DNA of 64,000 nt from positions 6,835,097-6,899,096 of the forward strand of contig CM082598.2 of NCBI GenBank assembly GCA_040954595.2, in the 5' to 3' direction. A program made the position numbers and the translations under genes. The stretch comes from Balanoglossus misakiensis (Eukaryota > Animalia > Hemichordata). Shown here in pieces: positions 1 to 11,854 of this stretch. The notes under the pieces were generated by a model. That model was not told the DNA's origin and ran no database searches. It was given only the letters and a program-made list of their open reading frames with translations. The first letter of the stretch is position 1. The number at the start of each line of letters is the position of its first letter.

Positions 1-3000
1 GAATTCTTGGGGCTCACAAACTGTGTTATGGGAATTCTTGGGGCTCACAAACTGTGTTATGGGAATTCTCGGGGCTCACAAACTGTGTTATGGGAATTCT
101 TGGGGCTCACAAACTGTGTTATGGGAATTCTCGGGGCTCACGAACTGTGTTATGAGAATTCTCGGGGCTCACAAACTGTGTCATGGGAATTCTCGGGGCG
201 CACAAACTGTGTTATGGTAATTCTCGGGGCTCACAAACTGTGTGATGGGAATTCTCGGGGCTCACGAACTGTGTTATGGGAATTCTCGGGGCTCACAAAC
301 TGTGTTATGGGAATTCTCGGGGCTCACGAACTGTGTTATGGGAATTCTCGGGGCTCACAAACTGTGTTATGGGAATTCTTGGGGCTCACAAACTGTGTCA
401 TGGGAATTCTCGGGGCTCACAAACTGTGTGATGGGAATTCTCGGGGCTCACAAACTGTGTTATGGGAATTCTCGGGGCTCACAAACTGTGTTATGGTAAT
501 TCTTGGGGCTCACAAACTGTGATATGGGAATTGTCGGGGCGCACAAACTGTGTGATGGGAATTCTCGGGGCTCACGAACTGTGTTATGGGAATTCTTGGG
601 GCTCACAAACTGTGTTATGGGAATTCTCGGGGCTCACAAACTGTGTTATGGGAATTCTCGGGGCTCACAAACTGTGTTATGGGAATTCTCGGGTCTCACA
701 ATCTGTGTCATGGGAATTCTCGGGACTCACAATCTGTGTTATGGGAATTCTCGGGTCTCCCAATCTTTGTCATGGGAATTCTCGGGGCTCACAAACTGTG
801 TTATTGGAATTCTCGGGGCTCATAAACTGTGTTATGGGAATTCTTGGGGCTCACAAACTGTGTTATGGGAATTCTCGGGGCTCACAAACTGTGTGATGGG
901 AATTCTCGGGGCTCACAAACTGTGTTATGGGAATTCTCGGGGATCACAAACTGTGTTATGGGAATTCTCGGGGCTCACAAACTGTGTTATGGGAATTCTC
1001 GGGGCTCACAAACTGTGTTATAGGAATTCTCGGGGCTCGCAAACTGTGTTATGGGAATTCTCGGGGCTCACAAACTTTTTTATGGGAATTCTCGGGGTTC
1101 ACAAACTGTGTTATGGGAATTCTCGGGGCTCACAATCTTTGTTATGGGAATTCTCGGGTCTCACAATCTGTGTCATGGGAATTCTCGGGGCTCACAAACT
1201 GTTTTATGGGAATTCTCGACGCTCACAAACTGTGTTATAGGAATTCTCGGGGCTGACAAACTGTGTTATGGGAATTCTCGGGGCTCACAAACTGTGTCAT
1301 GGGAATTCTCGGGGCTCACAAACTGTGTTATGGGAATTCTCGGGGCTCACAAACTGTGTTATGGGAATTCTCGGGGCTCACAATCTGTGTCATGGGAATT
1401 CTCGGGGCTCACAAACTGTGTTATAGGAATTCTCGGGGCTCACAAACTGTGTCATGGGAATTCTCGGGGCTCACAAACTGTGTTATGGGAATTCTCGGGG
1501 CTCACAAACTGTGTTATGGGAATTCTCGGGGCTCACAATCTGTGTTATGGGAATTCCCGGGGCTCACAAACTGTGTCATGGGAATTCTCGGGGCTCGCAA
1601 ACTGTGTTATGGGAATTCTTGGGGCTCACAAACTGTGTTATGGGAATTCTCGGGGCTCACAAACTGTGTTATGGGAATTCTCGGGGCTCACAAACTGTGT
1701 TATGGGAATTCTTGGGGCTCACAAACTGTGTTATGGGAATTCTCGGGGCTCACGAACTGTGTTATGAGAATTCTCGGGGCTCACAAACTGTGTGATGGGA
1801 ATTCTCGGGGCTCACAAACTGTGTTATGGTAATTCTCGGGGCTCACAAACTGTGTGATGGGAATTCTCGGGGCTCACGAACTGTGTTATGGGAATTCTCG
1901 GGGCTCACAAACTGTGTTATGGGAATTCTCGGGGCTCACGAACTGTGTTATGAGAATTCTCGGGGCTCACAAACTGTGTCATGGGAATTCTCGGGGCTCA
2001 CAAACTGTGTTATGGTAATTCTCGGGGCTCACAAACTGTGTGATGGGAATTCTCGGGGCTCACGAACTGTGTTATGGGAATTCTCGGGGCTCACAAACTG
2101 TGTTATGGGAATTCTCGGGGCTCACGAACTGTGTTATGGGAATTCTCGGGGCTCACAAACTGTGTTATGGGAATTCTTGGGGCTCACAAACTGTGTCATG
2201 GGAATTCTCGGGGCTCACAAACTGTGTGATGGGAATTCTCGGGGCTCACAAACTGTGATATGGGAATTCTCGGGGCTCACAAACTGTGTGATGGGAATTC
2301 TCGGGGCTCACGAACTGTGTTATGGGATTTCTTGGGGCTCACAAACTGTGTCATGGGAATTCTCGGGGCTCACAAACTGTGTTATGGGAATTCTCGGGGC
2401 TCACAAACTGTGTTATGGTAATTCTTGGGGCTCGCAAACTGTGTTATGGGAATTCTTGGGGCTCGCAAACTGTGTTATGGGAATTCTCGGGGCTCACAAA
2501 CTGTGTTATAGGAATTCTCGGGGCTCACAAACTGTGTTATGGGAATTCTCGGGGCTCACGAACTGTGTTATGGGAATTCTTGGGGCTCACAAACTGTGTT
2601 ATGGGAATTCTCGGGGCTCACAAACTGTGTTATGGGAATTCTCGGGGCTCACAAACTGTGTTATGGGAATTCTCGGGGCTCACAAACTGTGTGATGGGAA
2701 TTCTCGGGGCTCACAAACTGTGTTATGGTAATTCTTGGGGCTCACAAACTGTGTGATGGGAATTCTCGGGGCTCACAAACTGTGTGATGGGAATTCTCGG
2801 GGCTCACAAACTGTGTTATGGGAATTGTCGGGGCTCACAAACTGTGTTATGGGAATTCTCGGGGCTCACAAACTGTGTTATGGGAATTCTCGGGGCTCAC
2901 AAACTGTGTTATGGGAATTCTCGGGGCTCACAATCTGTGTCATGGGAATTCTCGGGGCTCACAAACTGTGTTATAGGAATTCTCGGGGCTCACAAACTGT

Positions 3001-5161
3001 GTCATGGGAATTCTCGGGGCTCACAAACTGTGTTATGGGAATTCTCGGGGCTCACAAACTGTGTTATGGGAATTCTCGGGGCTCACAAACTGTGTTATGG
3101 GAATTCTCGGGGCTCACAAACTGTGTTATAGGAATTCTCGGGGCTCACAATCTGTGTTATGGGAATTCTCGGGGCTCACAAACTGTGTCATGGGAATTCT
3201 CGGGGCTCGCAAACTGTGTTATGGGAATTCTTGGGGCTCACAAACTGTGTCATGGGAATTCTCGGGGCTCACAAACTGTGTTATGGGAATTCTCGGGGCT
3301 CACAAACTGTGTTATGGTAATTCTTGGGGCTCGCAAACTGTGTTATGGGAATTCTTGGGGCTCGCAAACTGTGTTATGGGAATTCTCGGGGCTCACAAAC
3401 TGTGTTATAGGAATTCTCGGGGCTCACAAACTGTGTTATGGGAATTCTCGGGGCTCACGAACTGTGTTATGGGAATTCTTGGGGCTCACAAACTGTGTTA
3501 TGGGAATTCTCGGGGCTCACAAACTGTGTTATGGGAATTCTCGGGGCTCACAAACTGTGTTATGGGAATTCTCGGGGCTCACAAACTGTGTGATGGGAAT
3601 TCTCGGGGCTCACAAACTGTGTTATGGTAATTCTTGGGGCTCACAAACTGTGTGATGGGAATTCTCGGGGCTCACAAACTGTGTGATGGGAATTCTCGGG
3701 GCTCACAAACTGTGTTATGGGAATTGTCGGGGCTCACAAACTGTGTTATGGGAATTCTCGGGGCTCACAAACTGTGTTATGGGAATTCTCGGGGCTCACA
3801 AACTGTGTTATGGGAATTCTCGGGGCTCACAATCTGTGTCATGGGAATTCTCGGGGCTCACAAACTGTGTTATAGGAATTCTCGGGGCTCACAAACTGTG
3901 TCATGGGAATTCTCGGGGCTCACAAACTGTGTTATGGGAATTCTCGGGGCTCACAAACTGTGTTATGGGAATTCTCGGGGCTCACAAACTGTGTTATGGG
4001 AATTCTCGGGGCTCACAAACTGTGTTATAGGAATTCTCGGGGCTCACAATCTGTGTTATGGGAATTCTCGGGGCTCACAAACTGTGTCATGGGAATTCTC
4101 GGGGCTCGCAAACTGTGTTATGGGAATTCTTGGGGCTCACAAACTGTGTTATGGGAATTCTCGGGGCTCACAAACTGTGTTATGGGAATTCTCGGGGCTC
4201 ACAAACTGTGTTATGGGAATTCTCGGGGCTCACAAACTGTGTTATGGGAATTCTTGGGGCTCACAAACTGTGTTATGGGAATTCTCGGGGCTCACGAACT
4301 GTGTTATGAGAATTCTCGGGGCTCACAAACTGTGTCATGGGAATTCTCGGGGCTCACAAACTGTGTTATGGTAATTCTCGGGGCTCACAAACTGTGTGAT
4401 GGGAATTCTCGGGGCTCACAAACTGTGTGATGGGAATTCTCGGGGCTCACAAACTGTGTTATGGGAATTCTCGGGGCTCACAAACTGTGTTATGGGAATT
4501 CTCGGGGCTCACAAACTGTGTTATGGGAATTCTCGGGGCTCACAAACTGTGTCATGGGAATTCTCGGGGCTCACAAACTGTGTGATGGGAATTCTCGGGG
4601 CACACAAACTGTGTTATGGGAATTCTCGGGGCTCACAAACTGTGTTATGGTAATTCTTGGGGCTCACAAACTGTGATATGGGAATTCTCGGGGCTCACAA
4701 ACTGTGTGATGGGAATTCTCGGGGCTCACGAACTGTGTTATGGGAATTCTTGGGGCTCACAAACTGTGTCATGGGAATTCTCGGGGCTCACAAACTGTGT
4801 TATGGGAATTCTCGGGGCTCACAAACTGTGTTATGGGAATTCTTGGGGCTCGCAAACTGTGTTATGGGAATTCTTGGGGCTCGCAAACTGTGTTATGGGA
4901 ATTCTCGGGGCTCACAAACTGTGTTATAGGAATTCTCGGGGCTCACAAACTGTGTGATGGGAATTCTCGGGGCTCACAAACTGTGTGATGGGAATTCTCG
5001 GGGCTCACAAACTGTGTTATGGGAATTCTTGGGGCTCACAAACTGTGTTATGGGAATTCTCGGGGCTCACAAACTGTGTTATGGGAATTCTCGGGGCTCA
5101 CGAACTGTGTTATGGGAATTCTCGGGGCTCACAAACTGTGTCATGGGAATTCTCGGGGCTC
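1..5161 (+). repeat. 31-bp tandem satellite, consensus GGGAATTCTCGGGGCTCACAAACTGTGTTAT (~166 monomers in window, continues off the left edge)
   Basis: Uninterrupted 31-bp periodicity with only substitution variants (ttat/tcat/tgat, ctcg/cttg, caca/cacg/cgca). Ends abruptly at ...ggggctc|tatcgactg. Confidence 0.98.
2335..4150 (+). repeat. 899-bp (29-monomer) higher-order duplication within the 31-bp satellite
   Basis: Identical variant patterns offset by 899 bp (ORF-track starts 2735/3634, 2784/3683, 3004/3903; rare variant gaattgtcgg at ~2822 and ~3721). 899 = 29 x 31. Boundaries approximate. Confidence 0.9.
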
Positions 5162-5334
5162 TATCGACTGCAGTTGGAAGGTTCTTTTGACAGTATCGAG
5201 TCTCGGACACCAGCAATCAGAGAATAAGACTTCGGACTTTATTGACTAGTAATGAGTACCAGCTAAGACAAACACAATACTGGAACTGCCTATTACAAAA
5301 TTCGCAGGCTTTTATAATAGGTCTAAAGCGTGGG

Positions 5335-5810
5335 AAATGCATACAGGGGGGTTAAAATTTGACTGAAAATTCCTGGGTTAATACGTGTCCAAAAGCACTT
5401 TAATTTGACATTGCTAATGCAATGGTGACATTGAATGGGTTATGTGATTCTTTGCATCAGGGCAAATGCTGAAGAATGCTTGATGATGCACTTGGGTCAA
5501 TGGTGATACAAACACTAACCTTTGACACCAGGGTTCAAAATGCATACAGGGGGATTAAAAGTTGATTGAAAATCCCTGGGTTAATATGTGTCCAAAATAA
5601 CTGTACTTTGACATTGCTAATGCAATGGTGACATTGAATGTGATTCTCTGCATTAGGGCAAATGGCGAAGCAAGCTTTATGATGCACCAGGGTAGATGGT
5701 GATGCACGCTCTGCACTTTGACATGGGTATAAAATGCATGCTGACTGTAAATCCCTTGGTTAATACGTGGCCAAAAACGCTGTATTTTGGCATTGCTGAT
5801 GATGGTGAGC
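5335..5810 (+). repeat. Degenerate ~200-bp tandem repeat, about 2.4 copies
   Basis: aaatgcat...tgactgaaaat(t/c)cctgggttaata(c/t)gtgtccaaaa...tttgacattgctaatgcaatggtgacattgaatg recurs at ~5336 and ~5538, with a more diverged copy at ~5732. Confidence 0.8.
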
Positions 5811-6063
5811 TGTTGTTTGCTCCTCCGGGGGTTGAATGGAATATTTAGGTCCAACGACCTAGGTCAAATGACCATGGGACAACTCTAAAGCACGTTGAGA
5901 TTTATCGCATTATATGCTACATAAGTTATAAATATTATATTAATATTATTACATAAGCAACACTCTTACTTAGCATAAGAAAGTGGTCAGGTGAACTATA
6001 TTCGCAGATGTGCCCAATTGTTTAAGGAAAATTAAGGTTGGGTAATTTGGACGTATTCATACG

Positions 6064-6430
6064 TACAAACTGTGTTATGTATGGGACATTGATGTTGCCT
6101 AATACGTCTCCTCATTAACTTGAATTCTTAATGGTAGCTAAACAAGTCAGCGTATAGAAAGATCATTGTTAGACATACATAACCCTTTTTTGAGCATGGG
6201 AAATATTCGTGAGAACTGTGTTCTCGGAGCTCAAAAACTGTGTTATGAGAAATTCAAGCTGCTAAACTTGCATGTCTCTAAATTTACTGAAACTCTGATT
6301 ATGAGCAAAATAAGGCAACGTATAGGAATGTCATTCTACCACATAATGTTACGCAACATTTCTATTTAGCGTGGGAAATAGTCTTTGGAACAGTATTTTC
6401 AGAGTTGACAAACTGTGTTATGTATAGGAT
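6064..6430 (+). repeat. Dispersed, diverged fragments of the 31-bp satellite monomer
   Basis: acaaactgtgttatg at ~6065 and ~6408; ttctcggagctcaaaaactgtgttatgagaaattc at ~6221-6255. Confidence 0.75.
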
Positions 6431-7952
6431 ATCCAAATTGGCAATTGTTAGCAACCAGTTGTCTTCAGAGGGTTTAGGGCACCAACCTCAACATGTTTTA
6501 GTCTCACTACTAGTCCATGGGCCAGAGACCGAAACTCCCCCCCCCCCTGGGGAGTTTTGCAGACATATATTTTTGGAAAGCCTATTTATCCAGCTGTCAG
6601 AATCAGGTTGTTTGCACTCATATTAATGGTGGGTGTGGCCGTGAGGAGCGGTTGTCATGGTAACGATAGCATAATTTTAGGGGTACTCATACAGTTAAAT
6701 AATGATATATTTCAGGATCTGAGAAAGCTAGAGAAAAAAATTGAACATTGGGTCTTATAAAGTAGGGTACGGGCTATCCAATGATTACATGACCGACAAG
6801 GTCAGAGGTCAAGTTCATCTTCAAAACGCGGGGTCAAAGTAAAAAAATTGCTATTTTTTGTATATCGATCATACATAGTTTCGATTTACTGGAAAACGGT
6901 ATGCTCGAGGAGGCTGTAAATTGGTCATCAGGTAGCATGGAACATTAGGTTTAAGAAAAATAAGCTGATTTACGTCTTTGATATTAAGTTATATTAAAAT
7001 TCTGTTACCATAACGACGGATAGCAGATTTGCGAAAATCACAAAAATAAACAGCTGTCAGTAATGACGAGACGCATTATACTATCACCTCCTCGAAAGAG
7101 ATATAATCGCTAACTCCCCGTATCATTTTGAACAGCATGTATGCTGTTTACTGTGGTAAAGCGACTAATCGATATTGAAGCGAATAATAAAACGAAGGAA
7201 GGCCATGTAGTTATTTTCAAATTTTGGAAATGCCCTTTTTAATCTTTCGGACGAAATCACGTAAAATATCCAAAGCACTAATAACGTTTGGCTGATGTAG
7301 AAACATTGGTATGTATGAGTCATCGTACAACGTCACATATACCATGTAGTCCGACATGCACATAACACGAACAAGGCGATGTGCGATTGACGGAAAACTC
7401 CCTAATGATAAGTTGACGTTATTGACGTTTTATGCAAAAAAGACAGGTTATTCTGTGTGTCATGTCTCTTCTCTGACGGCACGCCTCGCATTGTGTGACG
7501 CGTGCCGTGCACCATTAAAGGTGTCATTCATTACTGTGTGTGAACAGCATACCCATCTCAGGTTTGTCCACCTTATGTTGCTTTATGCTTTACCAGGGTA
7601 CCAGTGACAAACTTAAGCAAGTAGAATATGCTACCACAAAACCCTTTTCGCACATATGAGTTTGGTATTGTGTTTCCGATCATCGGTAACACCTGTTAGA
7701 TCGTGTGTAAAATCGAAGCAACTATTTTGGACAATGGCGTTTTGGGTCAGGGAGAAGTGTGATTTCAAAGCCGGTTATAATCAGAAAATGACCTCTTCTC
7801 AGTGTGTGGACTACATTAATTAGGAGAAAAGACCCAGAAATGTGTGGCGGGGAGAAATTAAGCCTCTATTGGCTTGGCCTACAAAACACCGCTCGGGTGT
7901 TGGCCATGTCTTAGTATCAAATATTGGGGAGCTGCAGGCAAATATCCGTGAT

Positions 7953-7980
7953 CACAGTCCCATGTGTTATAGGGACTGTG
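7953..7980. repeat. 28-bp palindrome CACAGTCCC-n10-GGGACTGTG; candidate left terminus of the P-like element
   Basis: Perfect 9-bp arms seen directly. A CA start is compatible with P-superfamily termini. No partner terminus in the window. Confidence 0.35.
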
Positions 7981-9159
7981 CCATGACTAGTCGATAATTT
8001 TCTAGCATGGCGTCTTATTGTTATAACTAGTAACCGTGTTCACACCTGCCCGTGTTCTTCAATAACCCATGGTCGCTCCACACAGACCGTGAATACTAGT
8101 AACCACAAGACTTTTGACAACAGTGCTTGCATATGTTCAGAAGGTCTGTACTTAAGTATCATACCCGCGGGGGAACCTGACAAACGGAAATGGTTTTCAT
8201 TGACTGAGTAAGTTACTTGGTGCACTCACTAGTAGAGAACACCAGTTAATTGTGGTATAAGAAACAGTCGACTTCACAAACCTGTACGTCGTGAAGATAA
8301 AATATTGCAAGCGAAAGAAGATGACAGAAGTAATTTTCAAGCTCATCATAGTTGTGTCAGAAGTTATGCTATGTTTGGACGGTCAACAGATTCAAGGTAT
8401 GACAGAGCTTTAATGATATCTCTCAATAGGTAGTCATATCATCTTGTTCATGGTGGTAATAACTTATTTCCAGCATTTCATAATTACTCACACTTTCTTT
8501 CTTACTTTTTTTGACGCGAACACACAACCTCGCAGAAAAGCGGGAACTGGTCACGGTATCATCTCAACCAGCTGTTTATCGACTCGCGTATCTCAGATAT
8601 TCCACTCCGCTTAGAAATCAAGAAAATAAATACACAATCAAGGAAACAGGAAAAATATTACTGCATGCTTGATTGGAAAAGAAACAAAATCGTATTATTG
8701 ATTGCATAATTGCCGCATTGAACATAAAAGCGTGGTATTAAACATGTCACGTTTTGAACTGAGTCAACAGAATTTTTAGAAAATATCAGCGACTGCGTTT
8801 AGAAAAAGTCCGATTGCCGGTTCTTGAGTACTCATTATCTAGCTAACATTGTGCTTGAAACTATGATGCAAGGAGATTATACCTGTTGCAAGGAAGTTGA
8901 GATGATCGGGGTTAAAATGCCGTGTGATCGCGTAGGCCCATAATTCCGCATGAAAAACTCTGTCCTCCATCCCTGAGGGACGATGCTTTGTCCCATGTTC
9001 GTGTGATTCAATTCAATGCAATGTACTGACGCATGTATAATCTTTTTTTCATAGTGCACAGACGCCTCAGCACTGAACAAGGCTACCTACATGCATGTTT
9101 CGGCTGCACGGTTACATTTCAACAATATGTACATTCACGCTGTACGATAATGAATGGAG

Positions 9160-11610
9160 GTGATTTGAAATTGATGACGGATATTCTGCCGACAACGATT
9201 TTTCCAAGTGTCGAAGATAACAACATTTTGAACGTCCTGATTTCAACCTCGCAGGGGCACTACCACGCATCTTAACAAGCCAGCTGCGACATACTACTTA
9301 CGCTTATCGAAGTGTTAACAACAAGATTCTCCAGAAATACGGCAAACGTGTGGACCGCATAATTCAATTGCGTAAAGATAAACTCGAAAGACACTTGACA
9401 GGACTCTTAAACCGAATAAACAGACATTTATTACGCGAGGCTTTCAAAGTTCAAGGCACCAATAAGCAGCGAGATATAAAGGTCAGCACGGGAAGAATAT
9501 CCGATGAGAAGATTCGAGATTTTGACGAAAAATTACAAGTCATTCACCGAAGGTTGACAGCAATATCATTCACCAGAATTCACGAGAAGGTTTAGTGAAT
9601 TTTTGCAAAGACTTGTCAAACAAATACTCTTGTGCTCCTGATTCACTGATTGATCTGCTGTACTTCACTGTCTACAAACTTTAACAATGCATTATCAAAA
9701 TGCAACAAGGGACCACTTTTCAGCATATTATATGATTCTTTCTCGGTACGTGATTCGGTTACCTCAAGAAAATGTCTACTTGAAACCAGAGAGGCACCGT
9801 GGGACTGGCTCGTTACCAACTGCAACCACGGGTTTTCACCGAAATATCGTGGTGATGTTGTGTTAGGGGATTCGCTCTACGGTTTGACACATACAGAAGA
9901 AGAACGTAAATTATTGTGCTTATCTTTCACTACAACCACGCACTGTGATTCTTGTAATTACCGGAGGCAAAGAGATGTCAATCTACTACCAGTCGTTGTC
10001 GGTCATGCCGTCAATTCATCAAATAAAACCGTCGGTCACCTAGTCACGGAAACACTTGGCGAACTTGCCATGCGATCTGAAAATAGACTCTGTCCTAGAT
10101 GTAAAGGCTGTTCATTGACACCAAAAACAGATCACGTCCAAGTTCCAGAGTTCCTTTTCGTGGAATTGCCCTTCAAAAATGACGTCAATGTCGCCAATAT
10201 TTTGGTCGAAGAAAGTATGTTACTATTTGAAGCTGAATTCGAGCTTGTTGGAGCAATCAGGGCAAAACCAAGACACTTCACGACAATAATAAAATACGAA
10301 GACAACTATTTTGAACTGGATGATTTGAATGAAAACGGCAACAAACCAATCCACGGGAGTAATTTCAGTAACTTGATGAGTAAAATAACAGCCGGCACAT
10401 CGCAAGAGACTGTATCTAATGTTTCAACTCAATATAGGACAGAACCTGGTAGCTTTCTACATGTCTTGCTTTTCAAGAGAAATTCAACACAACCATTGTC
10501 AAACAAATTTTAACAGCCGTCTGGACCGAGTATTCACGGTAAATTTGTATCACAGACGGACAATGTAGACTCAAACCCAGCAAAGTCAACATGGCCATTG
10601 ACGGGGAACGCAAGTGAACGTTCACTCCAAGCAAAGACGGCAAGTTCTTCGACACAAACCAGGACAGATCCGTCATTAGCTAATGCTGTCAGCTCGGTAC
10701 CAGTGAATTCAACGTGTTCATCAACCAAGACCGATTTACTGTTAGTGGAGACAACCGGTCTTACTCCGAATAATTTAATGCGTTCATCGCAAGTGACAAT
10801 GACAAATTTATCGAGATACCGACAAATACGCCACCGGATTTCGACATATGGAACAAGCTCCGATCCAATCCAAAGGCGTGTGGCAGTAAAGTTTGAAGAT
10901 TATGTTAAACGCAATGTCGCTGCAACAAAAATCCAAACACTCGTCCGTTGCTTTTTAGCAAGAAAACGCAGAAATCATCGCCAAATAATAAGACAACGTT
11001 CTCTCCACCAAGGACAAGTATGATCAATTATTTTCCAGATTTAATTTTCTCCTTTACGGAAGGATACCGTCAAGCGTTAAAATGAGGAAAGAAGCGTTTG
11101 CAGGACTGATTAAAGAACGCGGTTGCAATGTCATAGAGAAATTACCAGCAAAGGGTGTAAACATGAAAGTTGTGATCTTGACTACGCAGTCTGACATAGA
11201 TAAAGATCCACCAGGAGATGTCATTAGTTCAGCATACAGGAGAGACTGTAACCTTTTCTGTCACGAATGTGTAGTCAAATCAGTTCAAAATGCAAAGATT
11301 CAGGACTGTGATGCCTACAAACTGAACACCGATAGACTGGCTGCATTCCCACTTACAAGTGTTGTCAGTGTAAAGGAACTAACTCCAGAACAACTCCATT
11401 TTGGGTATGTATTAATGTCACTGTGTCGTGAAATTGTAATTGTACTGACGTAAACCTAACATATAAATACAACATTTGTCCTGCTTAAAATTTACTTATC
11501 TTCGTTTATCTTACAGAAAACATATCTCCGGGATAACGCGAATAAGAAAAACACTACTTTTGAAGACAAAGAGAAAATTGTGCGACATTGAAGAGACTGT
11601 GACTGATTCG
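9160..11610 (+). pseudogene. Frameshifted multidomain ORF: USP/peptidase-C19-like cysteine protease + Ser/Thr linker + IQ motif + BRCT-like domain
   Basis: Cys-box-like NKYSCAPDSLIDLL (Cys codon 9631-9633, in a different frame from ORF 9650..10513); CDSC...CPRC zinc ribbon; His-box-like FELVGAIRAKPRHFTTIIKYEDNYFELDDL; AATKIQTLVRCFLARKR near 10920-10970; LFSRFNFLLYG...LIKERGCNV...VVKSVQNAKIQDCDAYKL at ~11026-11330. Possible intron 11404-11516 (gtatgt...ttacag). Ends approximate. Confidence 0.6.
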
Positions 11611-11854
11611 GACAGCTCTAGAGATTATGAAGGCTAGAAATTGTTACGTAATTGTTTAAAGGAAATCCTATTGTTCAGCGGGAATCTTAACTCATAAAGT
11701 GTGTGGCACCTCCATGCTTAACTCCACCGAATTCTACCATATATCCGTTCTAAAATAACCCCTGAATGAAATGCAATTTAACTTTCGACATGTTTGTATG
11801 TGCCTACGAGTATGGAGCGACAAGAAAAGAAGTTTAATTACGTAGGCGAATTAT

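Noticed and set aside
1-5161. CRISPR array (repeat length in CRISPR range)
   Set aside because: No unique spacers, no cas genes, eukaryotic context.
7-5249. Long ORFs of repeating MGILGAHKLCYGNSRGSQTVLWEFSGLTNCV
   Set aside because: The 31-bp unit is not a multiple of 3 and has no + strand stop, so all three frames give the same peptide. Variants introduce stops at random. Satellite artefact.
7515-7616. Small TTAA-flanked Kolobok-like MITE (ttaaaggtgtcatt...agtgacaaacttaa)
   Set aside because: Inverted match too weak to distinguish from chance.
6505-8240. CACTA/EnSpm termini (cactactag at 6505, cactagtag at 8227)
   Set aside because: Both in the same orientation, with no partner terminus, no TSD and no EnSpm transposase motifs.
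5555-9080. Short ORFs in the unique region (5555-, 6166+, 6405+, 6557+, 7356+, 8040-, 8877-)
   Set aside because: No recognisable motifs or consistent splice structure; lengths compatible with chance.
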